From the human T2T-CHM13v2.0 reference genome, Homo sapiens: DNA of 64,000 nucleotides. Both the position numbers and the translations under genes were made by a program. Positions within the stretch are counted from its first letter, which is position 1, and every line of letters starts with the position of its first letter. The notes beneath the pieces are model-generated. The model saw only the letters and a list, made by a program, of their open reading frames with translations, was not told the DNA's origin and ran no database searches. Where the stretch lies: the NCBI RefSeq assembly GCF_009914755.1, contig NC_060926.1. One strand, given 5' to 3'. This document shows positions 30,070-44,017 of the stretch, piece after piece.

Positions 30070-33000
30070 GGGAGGGGTGATTGATGACTAGCAGGACAGC
30101 TTGAGAAACTCACTTCTAATGAAATGGTGAAACTTGATTTTTTAAAAAACTAAATCCTCTAGAAATACTCCTAAGGACATACTACAAATGGGAAAACATG
30201 TATTCAGAAAAAATCTATAAAAATTCAAAACTCTAACTTGAATAAATTAGTCTGAAGTTAAACGCTAAAAAAAAAAAAAAGAAAAATGCATGACTCAATG
30301 AAGTTTTGAAAATGATAGGGAAATCAGCTGACAGTTTCTGAAGTTTAACAGCCAGGTGTGATGAGGGAGAGACAAAGAGAGCCCTGCTCAAAACAAGGGA
30401 TCATCCCAGGGTGACTGAATATACACAAACCTGAGTATGCCTAAGGTGCAACATCAGAGGTTACCAATATTCATATGTATGTTGGAGAGAAATATGTATT
30501 TTTAGCGTCCACTAAAAATCATTCACTCAGCTATTGTAATAAGAAAATAATAGTAATATGGTCTTAGAGGGAAGAAAGTACCCAGTGTGTATATATGAGA
30601 TGCAGAGATACAGGAATACATGATTCATATGCTAGGAAAAAAAGAAGGCAAAAGTAATCGCTTGTGAAAGCAATCAGCTGTCAGATTAAACAGAAAAAGA
30701 CTTCAAAATAGCCATCATAAATGTATTCAAAGATGTAAAGGAGAACATAATTAAAGAGGTAAAGAAATGTAAAATGACAATGTCACATCAGAAAATAAAT
30801 ATCAATAGAGATACAATTTTCTAAAAAATAGACATTCTGGAGTTTAAAAATGCAATAACTGAAATGAAAAATTCACTGAAGAAATTCAGAAGATTTGAAC
30901 TGGCAAAAATAGTAGTAAATTTGAAGATATATCCATAGAAGTATGTGTGCCAAATCATAGAAAAAAGAATAAAGAAAAATAGAACCTCATGTAATGATAG
31001 GACATAGTTACATATATGAACACATATGTAATAGAAATATCAGAAAGAATATAAATAAATAAAAGAGAAGCAATATTTGAAGAAAAAGTAGCTAAAAAAA
31101 CTTCCCAAATTTGTTCAAAAACAACAACCTACACATCCAGGAAGCTCAATGAACTTTAAGTAGCATAAATTCAAAGAGAACCACAAACAGACACATTGTA
31201 ATAAAAATGCTGAAAGCCAAGGACAAAGTAAAAGTCCTGAAAGCAGTAAAAGAAAAATAAATCACTACTTACAAGGAAACCCCAATAAGATTAATAGCTG
31301 ACTTCTCAGCAGAAACGGTAGAGTACAGTTGGCTGTGTGATAGCATATTCATAGTGCTCAAAAACAAAAAAGCCTACCAACTATGAATTCTATAACCACC
31401 AAAGCTATGTTTCAAAAATAAAGAGGAATTAAAGACATTCCCTAAAATTTAAAAAAATAGAACTAAGAAAATATGATGACAACAAACTTATAACAAGATA
31501 TAGTAAAGGATATCTTCAGGCAGAAAGATACTAACTATCTTTAGTTATACTAACTAACTATATATACTAACTAACTATAGATAGCAATTCAAATCTACAT
31601 GAAAAAAATGGGGTTTAAGTAAAGGTAATTATTTATCAAAAATAAAATTTTTAGGAATAAATTTAACATAATGAATATAAAACAAATATCTAAAAACCAT
31701 AAAATATTATTTTAAAAAATTAAAGTTCTAAGTAAATGGAAAATATTTCATGTTCATGGAGCAGAAAACAATATTGCTAAGAGAAGTAGACACCTTGGAT
31801 TGAGCTACAGATTCAATACAGTCTCTTTCAGAACTGCAGATGACTTCTTTATAGAAATTGACAAGCTTATTCTAAAATCCATATGTAATTGCAAGCTGTC
31901 AATAATAGTCAATACAATCTTGTAAAGAAAGAACAAAGTAGGAGAACTCACACTTCCTTATTTCAAAATTTACCACAAAGCTATGTTAATTAAAACAATG
32001 TGCTATTGACATAAATATAGACTCATAGACCAAAGAAACAGCATTGAGAGTTCAGAAATAAACTCATATATCTATGATCAATTGTTTTGTGACAAGAGTA
32101 TCAAGACCATTCAATAGCAAAGAATAGTCTCTTCAACAAATGGTGCTGGGATACCTGGATAGCCACATGCAAAAAAACAGAAGAAGTGGACCCCTACCTC
32201 ATACCATACACAAAAACTAACTCAAAATGGATCAATTACCTAAATATAAGAGCTAAAACTATAAAACTCTTAGAAGAAAATATAAGAATAAATCTTTGTG
32301 ACTTTAGATTTGACAACAGTTTCTTAAATAGGAATCAAAAGTGTAAGTAACAGTGATAAAAATAGATAAATTGTACTTCATCAGAATTAAAATATTTTTG
32401 TATCAAAGAACACTATCCAGAAAGTGAAAAGACAAATCACAAGATGGGAAAATATTTTCTTTTTTTTTTTTTTTAATGAACACTGATTGCAACTTTATTT
32501 TATTTTTTATTTATTTTTTTATTATACTTTAAGTTTTAGGGTACATGTGCACATTGTGCAGGTTAGTTACATATGTATACATGTGCCATGCTGGTGCGCT
32601 GCACCCACTAACTCGTCATCTAGCATTAGGTATATCTCCCAATGCTATCCCTCCCCCTCCCCCCACCCCACCACAGTCCCCAGAGTGTGATATTCCCCTT
32701 CCTGTGTCCATGAGATCTCATTGTTCAATTTTCAAATAATATATCTGATGTGGATCTAGTTTCCAGAATGTATAAAGAACTGTAATAATTCAATGAGCAA
32801 ATAATAATACAATTTTAAAATGGGCAAAGGACTCTTTATTCAAAGATATACAAATGAATATAAATGGACAACAAGCACGAAGAAAGATGCATGACATCAC
32901 TGGTCATTTTGAAAATGCAAATCAAAACCACTATGTGATAATACTTCATACCCAGAAGGAGACCATAATAATAAAAAATTTTTAAACGGCAAAGAGTCTT

Positions 33001-33830
33001 GTTGAGGATAGGTAAAATGGTTCAGTCGCTGTAGAATCTGTCTGCTATTCAAAAAGTTAAATATAGAATTACCAAATGAACCAGTAATTTCACTGTTAGG
33101 TATATATCCAAAAGAAATTGAAATGTAGGTTCATAAAAAACTTGTACGTGAGTTTTTCTAGCACCATTATTTATAAAAGCCAAAAGGGAAACAGCTCAAA
33201 TGTCCATTGGTAAATAATGAATAAACCAATTGTGATACATGCATACAATGAATCATTATTCAGACATCAAAAAATTACTGATACATGCCACAACATTAAT
33301 AAAACCCCTAGAACATTGCTAAGTGAAAGAAGCCAGACAGAAAAGTTCACATGTCATCCTATTCTGTTTTTCTGAAACATTCAGAATAGATAGTATAGAA
33401 ACAACAACAACAAAAATGATGGTTGTCTTGACAGGGAGAAGAAGAGGAGTACTCCTCAATGATACAGAGTTTTGTTTTGGAGTGAAGGAACTGTTTTTTA
33501 ACTATAAAGTGATGGGCGCTGCACAACATTCTGATTATACTAAATGCCACTGAATTTCTCGCTTTAAAATGGTTACTTTTATATGAATTTCACCTCAATA
33601 AATTTTAGCAGATAGAGACATGAAGCAGATTAGTGATTGTGTAAAGCTGAGGGGTGGAGGAGATAGCTAAAACATATGTGATTTCTTTTTTACATGATAA
33701 AAATCTCAAACACCTACTGTGGTAATGTTTGTACATACAGGTAAATATATAAGATATACTGACTTGTCCTCTTTTAAAAGAGTCAATTGTATGATATTTG
33801 AATTATATCTCAATAAATCTGTTAAAAAGG
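30070..33830 (+). mobile_element. Ancient L1M with 5' region, ORF1 and ORF2 remnants and 3'UTR (internally deleted)
   Basis: ORF1-like CCCAATAAGATTAATAGCTGACTTCTCAGCAGAAAC; ORF2-like CTTCAACAAATGGTGCTGGG; boundaries approximate. Confidence 0.8.
32460..32727 (-). mobile_element. L1PA2 short 3' fragment with 19-nt 3' transduction
   Basis: L1 3'UTR 32521-32727 (GAG diagnostic 32612-32614); two poly(A) tracts; TSD ATTTTC (32454-32459, 32728-32733). Confidence 0.92.
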
Positions 33831-33844
33831 GATCCCATACTTAG

Positions 33845-34275
33845 TATGAGTTTTCCCTTGGCGTTATAACAAATTATGACAAACTTGATTTAAATCACCA
33901 TAAAATTATCTTATAGGTCTTTAGGTCCAAAGTCTGATATGGGTCTCCCTGGCGTAAAAATAAGGTGTCCACAGGGCTGTATTCACCTCTGAAGGCTCTA
34001 GCCGTGGATCTATTCCCTCCCTTTTCAGGTTGTTGACGGAATTCAGTTTCTTGCACATAGCCTCCTATATCTCAGAGTCACAACAGTGTGGTGGAGTTTT
34101 ATAATGTAGTCACTTTCTCTGACCACAGAGTATCTGCTTATAAGAGCTCATATGATTAGTTTAGGCCTGCCAGGATAATCCCAGATAATCCTCCCTCTTC
34201 AAGGTCTGCAACCTTATTCACATCTACAAAATCCCTTTTGCTGTGTGAAATAATGTATTTGCAGGTTCCGGTTCT
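33845..34275 (-). mobile_element. MLT1 (MaLR) LTR
   Basis: TAACAAATTATGACAAACTT...AAGGTGTCCACAGGGCTG...TTCACATCTACAAAATCCCTTTTGC. Confidence 0.75.
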
Positions 34276-34679
34276 GCCTATCATATATGCCAAAACAAAA
34301 AGTTGAATATTCTTGTTACAAAATGTAAGCAAATAATGTTCTGACCTTAAGGAATAAAAAACATTCTTAAACAAAACTCAGAAAGAGTTCATCTAAAAGA
34401 AAAGATTGATCTACTTGCCTATGCTGAAATTAAGGAGATCGTAATAAACTAAGGACTAAGTCCTAAGAAACGTATGCAGAAATGTTTAATATTGTTACTG
34501 ATAGTGTAAGATTTAACTAAGACCACAATATCAGTTGATACTCATTTTACTGGTAAAAATTTAAAAGTGTGACAATGACAAGTATTAGAGAAGATGTGAA
34601 CCATCAGATTCTCTTATAAATTGCTAGTGAAAGATAAATTATAGCAACCATTTTTTAAAAACAGCATAATATTATTTCC

Positions 34680-35090
34680 TGCTATGCTTTGAATATAAAA
34701 AAAAAAATCTCCTCCAGAATTCAGGTGTTGGAACTTAATGGCCAATATAATGATATTGACAGATGGGACTTTTAAGAGGTGATTAGATCATGAGGGCTCC
34801 TCCCTTCATGATTGGGACTAAGGCCCTTATAAAAGAGGCTTCAAGCACCATTTGCTGATCTTTCCCTTCTGCCTTTTGCCATGTGGGGACACAGCTTTTC
34901 TTCCCTCTGGAGCATGCAGCAACAAGGCACCATCTTGGAAGCAGAAAGTGACCCTCTCCAGACAACAGAACCTACCAGCACCTTGATGTTGGATTTCCCA
35001 GCCTTCAGAACTGTGGGAAAATACATTTCTCCTCTTCATAAATTACTCAGCCTTAGGTATTTTGCTATAACTGCACAATAAACTAAGATA
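34680..35090 (+). mobile_element. MST (MSTC/MSTD-like MaLR) solo LTR
   Basis: TGCTATG...ACTAAGATA termini; 5-bp TSD TTTCC. Confidence 0.88.
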
Positions 35091-35366
35091 TTTCCTAAAG
35101 CTGAGTGTTTCTATACCATAAAATCCACTGATTCTAGTCCCACTCTTGTATATACACACCAAAAAATGCATACAAGAATGTTCACAGAAGCCCTGTTTAC
35201 AACAGCAAAAGGAAACAATCCAAATATCTATAAGGCAGATCACATCTGCATTATATTCATATAGTAGAATATTATGCAGTGCCTAAGCTGTCTAAAACAA
35301 TGACACATAACAATGTGGATACATCTTAACAGTGTAATGCTGAGTGGAAAAACTAAGTCCCAAAAA

Positions 35367-35368
<2 letters not shown>

Positions 35369-35412
<44 letters not shown>
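35369..35412. repeat. (GT)22 microsatellite
   Basis: Perfect dinucleotide run. Confidence 0.97.
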
Positions 35413-35415
<3 letters not shown>

Positions 35416-35487
35416 TGAATGGGATTATATAGCTGCAATGAAACTAAAGGGAAAAAAAGTGTTTTAGGTTACTTGTAGAATGGTGGA

Positions 35488-35855
35488 TGCTATAGTTTGA
35501 ATGTTTGTCTGTCCCCTCCTAAATTCATTTTGAAATTTAATTACTATTGTAACAGAATTAAAAGGTGGGGGCTTTAAGAGGTGATTAGGCCATGAGGGCT
35601 CTGCTTGCATAAGTGGATTCATTTAGTTCTTGCAGGAGTGAGTTCATTACAAAGGGACAAGTTTGGTCCCCTTTTTTCTATCTCTCTTGCCCTCTCTTTG
35701 CTCATCTGCCACAAGGTGATGCAGCAAGAAGGCCCTTGCCAGATGTCAGCCCCTTGATCTTGGACTTCCCAGACTCCAGAACTGTGAGCCAAATAAATTT
35801 CTGTTTATTATAAATTATCCAGTCTGTGGTATTTAGCATAAAATAGACTAAGACA
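35488..35855 (+). mobile_element. MST (MaLR) solo LTR
   Basis: TGCTATAGTTTGAATG...GACTAAGACA; TSD GTGGA/GTAGA. Confidence 0.88.
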
Positions 35856-37905
35856 GTAGATCTCTAAATCTCATTATTAAATTATATTACATTGAATTGT
35901 AAAATATAAATGCAGAAAGGGGTATTAATGGACAAATGATTAGATTAGATTGTGTTATAAACCAAAGATTATAGTTATTCCAATTATGTGCATTTGAGAT
36001 CCACTTAAAATTCATTCCTCATTGCTCATTTTTAAAAATATCGGGACATCCTTCCTTCTCTATCTTATTTTCATTACCCTGATTATACATATTTAGTTGT
36101 TTCAAGTCCCAAAGTAGACTTGTTTTTTTCATTTAGTGATATGACTGGCTATATAAATAGTCCATAGTAAATAATGCCTCAAAGAAAACTTTTATCATCA
36201 AAGATTTTTCTTATGAACCAGTTTTAATGCTTATTACAATATCTAATTATATCAAATAGACATGGCCTTCATGGAAACTATACTACTTTGCTGGTGCCTT
36301 TCAGTCAATAATTTCTTAGTCAATTTTTAAGTGTTAATATTGTTTAAAAATGCAGCAGTCCATAGCAATCTTTCAGAAGTCATCGTATTTCAGAGCAACT
36401 AATACCAGAGAGTCCACCCAAACGTATGTATTTGTCATCTGAGCAAGAACCTAAACAAGCAACAATAATACATGGAAATTCCTGACCTGAGTAGCCCAGG
36501 TGATCTCACATACCTAACCTTGTCTCTTAGACAAACACACTTTCTCCAAGAAAGAATCTTTTAAAACCTGTCTCCTCCAAGAAGTTTACACTCAGTTAAT
36601 ATACAAATTGATGAGCCTATGTGTGTGTGTGTTTGCATATATGCATACATATATTTGTGCGTCCCTCACATTCTCACTTTTAGCAAGACTTTTGTGGTCT
36701 AAATATTTTAGTTTAAAGAAACATAAAATGATATGAGAGTACAAGGAAAGGAGAATGCAATAAGAAGTGTTATATTATACTTTTTGCCTCCTACCTGATT
36801 GCTTTCCATTGGTTAAAAGTTATAACTGTGCCTTTTGTTATGTGACTGTGTGTGGTTGTTTAATTGCCAGCAATTCAAATAACAAATCTCTTGACCTCTG
36901 CTGACTCTTGCCAAAGTTGATTAATTTTTCTCAAAGAGATATTTTACTTTGAGTTAGTCATTGCATGTTTCTGAACAAAGAAGTGGGAGCAGAGAACAAG
37001 GACAAAAGATAAAAGGCTTTTTAAAGAGCAGTCATATCATATGACAAAACCTTATGTTTCAAATGACTGAAAAATATATTTGATTTTTCCCAACAGCGTA
37101 AAGAATCTTGTTAAACTTAATTGAGATATTTCAGAACTGGTATATTTTAAAATTGTCTTTTCTAAAGTTTCTATATGTAGGAGGGATGCTTTCTTCCATC
37201 TTTAAGTGGAATTGCAGCTACTACCTTATATTTGAATGTCCATCAAGTGAGGCAGGAAGACCTCTAATTTATATGACTGTTTTCTACCTGTGGAGTCCTA
37301 GAAAGAACAGGCATTATTTTTAGTTAAATGTAATTTTTACCAAGGGGGCCAACAAGTATGAATTACCAAGATTTGGATACTGCTGCTAAGTGGAGCTTTG
37401 CCAGAATTCAAAGTTGGGGATCCCTATAATCAGAAAGCGCTAAATGCCGCAACCACAGGGATGTACTCCAAGGGGTAGTCTATGAGAGCAGCGAGGGCTG
37501 CCACGTAGCTAGCTGTGCAGCTTAGCCCTAAGTGATGGAGATAGTTCAGCAAAACCTGAGACTTGTCAAAAGGGTGGGTTATTACAATAATACAACCCTT
37601 TCTGTATCACAGTCTGGTAAGGGCTGGGGATGTACAGGTTAAATAAGTCATATAACCACTTTGCACAACTGCAAAAACTCGGAAAGCCCCTTTTGTCGTG
37701 AACTCTGAAGTTGCTTCTACGTAAAACATGCTTAAATCATAATAACAGCAAGAGAAACCCCCATAGCAACACTCAGTGCTTCTGGTTTATTCATCCCATT
37801 CAACCCTTAGCAAGAAGTATCAATATTATTCACTGGACAAACTGCATATTCATCACTGGGGTCTGAGTCTCTTCATCTTTGATGATTTAAATCCTTGGGA
37901 GCAAA

Positions 37906-38079
37906 AAGTAAAACTTCAGTTCTTAACCCATTCTCTGCCTGACTTACATTCTGCAATTTCCTTTCTCCATATTATCTGAAGTAAAACTTCAGTTCTCCAT
38001 GTATCTGAAGTAAAACTTCAGTTCTTATCCCATTCTCTGCCTGACATACATTCTGCTATTTCCTTTCTCCATATTATCT
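37906..38079. repeat. Local tandem duplication: 72 bp + 28-bp deleted copy + 72 bp
   Basis: Units 37906-37977, 37979-38006, 38008-38079, all starting AAGTAAAACTTCAGTTC. Confidence 0.9.
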
Positions 38080-39537
38080 TTTCAAAACCACTTGAGTCTC
38101 TGCTCCTCCATGGACACATCTCCCAACCACAAGGTTCCATTATATCTCTGAACAACCCCATCAGTTCTTTCCTTGTTTAACATACACTTGAGGAAGTTGT
38201 AACATTCTATTTTGCATGCACACTAATTAGAGTAATTTCTGTCCACCCAGCATTTTAAAAGACTTCTCAATGCCTGAAAGTCATTTTCCTCATCATCGTT
38301 ATCTGGCAAAGACACATAGCAGTTGACCAATAAATATAGATCGACTTCATGATCAGAAAAATATCTTTGCCCTTTTTTATGCATTCAAATTTTATTAGTA
38401 ATTGTAGTTTTAGCTGAATAGTGCACACGCAGGAAAAAATCTATACTTTAAGAATATTCACTACCTAATTAGAATGCCTCCTCACTCCAACCAGTGGCAT
38501 AAATGTCATATCTTCATATTTAATATCCCTATTTCTTTTCTATGTGTGCACATACATAATTTTTCAAATAAATTTGATCTATCTCATGGTGCAAAGTGTA
38601 ACTATTTCTAATTAGTTTGATCAAAGATACCATAGTCAGTGCTGAGTAATGGAAATTATGCCAATAAAAATTCTATTGCTTCTGACAAGGGGAAAAATGA
38701 CCATACATTGATTCAGCCCTCCCAGCCTTCCAGAAAAACATTTACATGTGATGTTTTTATAAGGGCACATAAATGTCTATATAGTCACAGTTTGTAATAT
38801 TCCTAAATGCCCTGCAGCAGAAGCAGCAGGAGAGGAAGCTATTTCTGCTGACTCTTTTATTATCTGTGCCATTTTCCACTCTAGACTATCGCAACTTTAA
38901 CTCTTGCACTCTCTGTAAGGTTGGATGGGGCAAACAAAGAAATGGACTGACCATAAGGAGATCCAGTATTGCTCTCTTATGTGATGTTGCATTCTGGAGA
39001 TCTTGATGTCTGAAAAAAAAAAAACAGAATATCTTTACCAAATAATGGCTTATGAGTATTTGTTGAGGGAAGGAAGTAAACTAACATGATTATTAAGTAT
39101 ATAACATTTGTGGGAAAGTCAGTGGAAATGAGCTGAAGTCAAGTATCTAGGTTCAGATCAAGAAATGACTGATACTTCCAGAGTATCAGAGACTGGGAAC
39201 AAAACAAATTTTAAAAGGGACTACCTACAGCAGGTATGGAGCAGAAATATATATAGTTACTGCATAAGATGCCTTTTGGAGATCAATAATAAGACACAGT
39301 CTAAACAAACAGGTTCTGGGAGGGACTGAGGTTTCACCAGCCTTGGCGGTTACCTTTGCAGCCAGAACTATCTGAGTTCAAATCCTTCTGTTAGGTATCA
39401 TACAATTTTCATCAGGTGTGTCAGGTGTGCTGAATCTTAGTTTCTTCATCTAGAAAAGATGTCAAGCAAAGTACCATGCATATGAGAGATGCCTCATAAA
39501 TGAAAGATTTTTTGTCTTCTTTCCCCTCATATTTACT

Positions 39538-41330
39538 AATTTTTTATTCAATAAATAATTAATGAGGATGAACTGATTTCAATGAGATGGGAAACAGACA
39601 TCTACAGTTCAAATGTAATCCCTTTTTATATAAAGCTTGTAGTCTGATGAATAAGTTAGAAACTGATAACATAATTATCAAGTAAATATTAACTTGCAAT
39701 TCTTATATCATGTATTAAAGGAAAAAAACAGAGTGGTGTACCAGGGACCTAAGTCTGAGTTTTCACAGAAGACTTCCTTGCAGCATTGGCATTTATGGCA
39801 AGATAAGAAGCATAAATAAGACTAAGCAAGGGAAAAACTTTCCAAAGTAGAAACCAGAGCCTATGTGAAAGCCTAGAATCCTAAAGCATTTTGGCAGGTC
39901 TTAGGAACAGATAAAAGGTCAGGATGGATGTAGCATAAAAAGCGGAAGTGCAAACTGCATGAGATAAGGCAGAAATGGTAGGCAGGTTATGCATGTATTA
40001 ATTGCATGAGTTTTAATAATTACATGTAAAACTATGAGATTTTATTCTTACTGTAGTCGGAAGACTCTAAAAGTAACTAAATTAGAGAGTAATGTGATCA
40101 AGCTTTTATTTAAAAAGTACATTATTCTAGCTATCTGGTAGATAATCATAAAAGCACAAATTAATATGTGGGGAAAATTTTTAGAAGCCTTTTCTTATAT
40201 TTAGGTGAAAGTTGATGACAGTTTGGAATGAAATGACAGTAAGAGGCAAAAATTTCAGTAATAGTTTTGATACGTAAGAGACTTGAAAAAATTGTGTTTG
40301 ATTGAATATTGGGGCTATAATGGGGAGAAGGTGGAAATAACATCCATAGATAATTTTCAAAAAGTTATTACTGTGAAGAAAGCTGAGAAGTAGATCATAG
40401 CTTAAAGGAAATGCTGGGACTAAGGAGTCTTCTTGTTATTGTTTCAGTTGTGGTTTCTAACTTGGAAACCTTATGGCAAGCCTATGGACTGATATATACA
40501 GAGGTGTATATTCAATATGCAGAAGAGAAAAAGGAATACTTGAAAAAAACAAAGTCTTTAAAAATGTGGGATGGGCATCCAAACACCAGAAGGTGTTCCA
40601 GCTTATTCACTTGAAAAGGAGGGGAACTAGATAGGAAGAGTGAAGATGAACATCAGGTGGACGGACATCCAGCAGTGTGAAGATGAGACAACTCCTGAAT
40701 TAGCTGAGAGTAGAGGGCAAAGGATGGGGTTTAAGTAGTTGGAAGAATGAGACAAAACATGGATGGTTTAAGATTATAGGAAAACAAACCTCCTAGAGAA
40801 GTGAAATGATATTTCCAAGCCATATTGTTACCACATTCAATTTTTGGTGATGAATTTAAATTGGGACCAGTCTTTATGGGTTTAACCAGGGTTAGAATTT
40901 GTCAGGAGATTTTTTTGTTTGTTTCCCATGGACTTAAGGATATTTACAATGAGGTGATAAATATGATGGACTGGGGAACCTAAGCCAGGTAAAGAGGGTG
41001 GCAAAAACATGAGAGGAATAATAGAATAAAAGGTTTTATGAGTAAAGTTTGCGATCCTCAATAAGTTCAAGAAAATGTTAGAGTGGGAGATGTGCAGCAC
41101 TAGGCCGTAAGATCGGGTGGAAATAACCAGATATCAACAATTGCGTATTTCCTGCTGATGACATAGTCAAGAATGTGACACAGTAGGGTAGAGGAAATAT
41201 TATTGGGTGAGAAGTCACGTAATTGGAAGGCCATGGATTAAAATATGTAAAGAAAATCAACACACAACATATGAAGTCTAAGGAGTTTTTACAGTAGCTA
41301 AGGAATGGAAGACATCAGTTACAAATAAAC
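39538..41330 (-). mobile_element. L2 fragments
   Basis: L2 3'-end-like TTATTCAATAAATAATT followed by purine-rich L2-like sequence; boundaries approximate. Confidence 0.55.
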
Positions 41331-44017
41331 TTATAAGGAAGGACATGGGATGGCCATTTAACTTGGCCTGGAAAAAAAATAGTTCCCCAATATACTACCT
41401 AAGTCAATGGATATACCACTATACCTCAGTTACTTAAATCGATCAATCTATGAAAAACCACACATTATTCATGGGCTATTTGCTTCTTAGAAACCATGCA
41501 CCCTAATCTACTTCATGTTACAATAGAAAGACTAATACAGAAAAAGAAAGTGTTTCCCAAAGTTACATCTTAAATTTTTAGGAAACTTAGGACTAAAACT
41601 CACTCGAGCTTTCTTTCTATACCGTCAAAACATTATTTCCCAATCTCACAGTGCAAATGTTTGAGGTTTTCAAAGTGGGCCAATAATACTTCCCTTTCTC
41701 TCTCCTGTCCTGAATAAGTTAGGAAAAAGAACAAATAGTAATGCAGATATGAAAAAATCATTTCATTACTTATAAAATCTAAATTATAGCAGCTTAGTCC
41801 CCAAAATTGAGCACACTCAGTATACTTATCCCAGATTTAAAAACTGCTAAGTGATAAGTCATTCACCTGAAATGAAAGAGTTGATGGAACAAAGAGAAGC
41901 CAGAAGTGTTAAACTAATTAACATCCCTTGACATGTAAAGAGCTATCAGGAGTAGAGAATTAGTATCTCCAAATACCAAAGACCTCTCTATCAGTAATGG
42001 GGAAATAAACAGAGGGAACTCCTCAAATTTGTAAATAAAGTAAATAATATTGACAATTCAAATAGGATATACCAAAAAGTAAATAATAAAAACGTACTTT
42101 AAAGAGGTGTAAGTGACTTTCAGAATCATAACCAAGTCAGAAGAGTATGCAATTCTGAAGGTGAGTGGACAGTTTTGGAAGACTGGAAGGCAGGGGGAGA
42201 ATTGCAGAGATGCAAAAATGCCAGTGCCCATTTCTCTGCTATACAAGAGATTGAATACATTAGGCAAAACTCTTTTTTGAGTATTGCAGCTGTAATCTTG
42301 AAAATATCCCTTTTGACAAGGTGGATTCTACCTTCAATTTTAGCCATTGAATAACAAATCCATCTTTTAATTTTATGCTCATGATATATGATATTACATC
42401 TTATATAGTTATGATTACAGAGAGAGATTGTGCAGGATATGTTGGCTCAAGAATTTCCCACTTCTTTTATTTCCCATATGAGATCAATAAATGAGCACTT
42501 TATACAAGCACATTCATTTATGGGCTTGGTGGATGTGGGTCAACTCTAATAAGGAGAAAAACTTTCACTAAACTCTCAAAAAATATATTTCTGCCTGAGA
42601 ACTAAGCCCCAAGCTAGCCTTTCTGGCCATACCTGAATAACATATACAATATTTCTATTTTAAATTTCATCATGAAATGGAATATTTACTCCACAGTATC
42701 TTACATTGAAAGCACAGACCAACTCTTTGCAGCATTAATCAATTCAACGCAGAGAATGAAGATTCAGGAACTCCAGGATCCTTATTTTACCATAGTAATT
42801 TTAATCCCATCTCCCTACTTCTTCATGGGAATGATCCACCTTGGAATTCCTTTGGCTCCTTCTTTTTCCCTATTGTCAGAATATCCCTTTTTTTTCTCAA
42901 TATATTTTTCTTCTTTCACTTCCAAAAACAAAATATAGTATGTGACTTGAGGGAGGAATTTTCAGAGAGTGTGAGGCATACTGTCAATTCTATTTTTGTA
43001 TACCCCAAGATGAAAGAAATCAGGAGCACATGTTGTCTCTAAGAAACTTCTCGGGCTGGTACTGATACACAGCAGTTGCATTTTTTGCTAGGTATAATTT
43101 GTTTGTATTTCCCTATGAAATCCAGTTTAAACTAAAACAATGTGCTCCTTTATGAAGAAAAATCAATCAGAAACAAACTGCTTTCAAAGTAGTAAGGAAA
43201 GTAGAATGGGAGATTGCATCCACATCGCTTTGCTTGATGGGCCAAACTTTCACAAGCTTCTGGTCATTCTTTTTACTTTTCTCCCATTGGATACATCTGA
43301 GAATTTAAAGGAAATAATAACATGATCAGAAACTCCAACCTGCTCTGGGGCAGGAAATCAAAGCCCTATATACCATTGAAAAATCCATTTGATTAATGAT
43401 TGGGGAGACATCCAAGATTTGTGTACAGGCAGCAGAGCAGAGTCAGAGTAGCATGAAGAGACTAAAGGTCTGCAAGTGCTCAGGATCAAAGAAATAAGAA
43501 CACCCTGCTTACCCTTGCCAGGTAATAGAGTGTGTCCTCCAGAAACACACCATGGCTATCTCAGATGCCATGTAGCCACATGGAAAGCAGTAGTGAGGAT
43601 TTATGGTTTAAGTAAATTACTTTCAGAAGTCGTGTTTCGAAGCGATTAGTGTGGAACAAATAGTCTGAAAAATCTGGGGACAGAATACTTATTTCTGTAA
43701 GCAAGTCAATGGGATAAGAGACAGTGTAGCAACTTCACCTCTTAAAATCACTATTTTGCATTTGAGCTATGGTACTATAGTACAAATATCGCACTCAATA
43801 CAATTAGCAGTTAGATGAGTAAACACGCCCAAGCTAAAAGCAACACCCTATTTTTTCTTCTTACCAGAGAAGACACTTATTTTATAAGTAAAAGTTTGGT
43901 CAATTATAATTGAGAGCAGCAAAACAACCCTTTCCCTAATGCAAATTAAAACTGTTTTAGAGTTTCCATTAAAGTAGTCAAAAAAATCTAACCTGAGTCA
44001 TCATGGCAGAATGGAGT

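Noticed and set aside
37906-38079. CRISPR-like repeat-spacer array with palindromic repeat
   Set aside because: Primate DNA, the spacers are copies of each other, three units only, no cas genes
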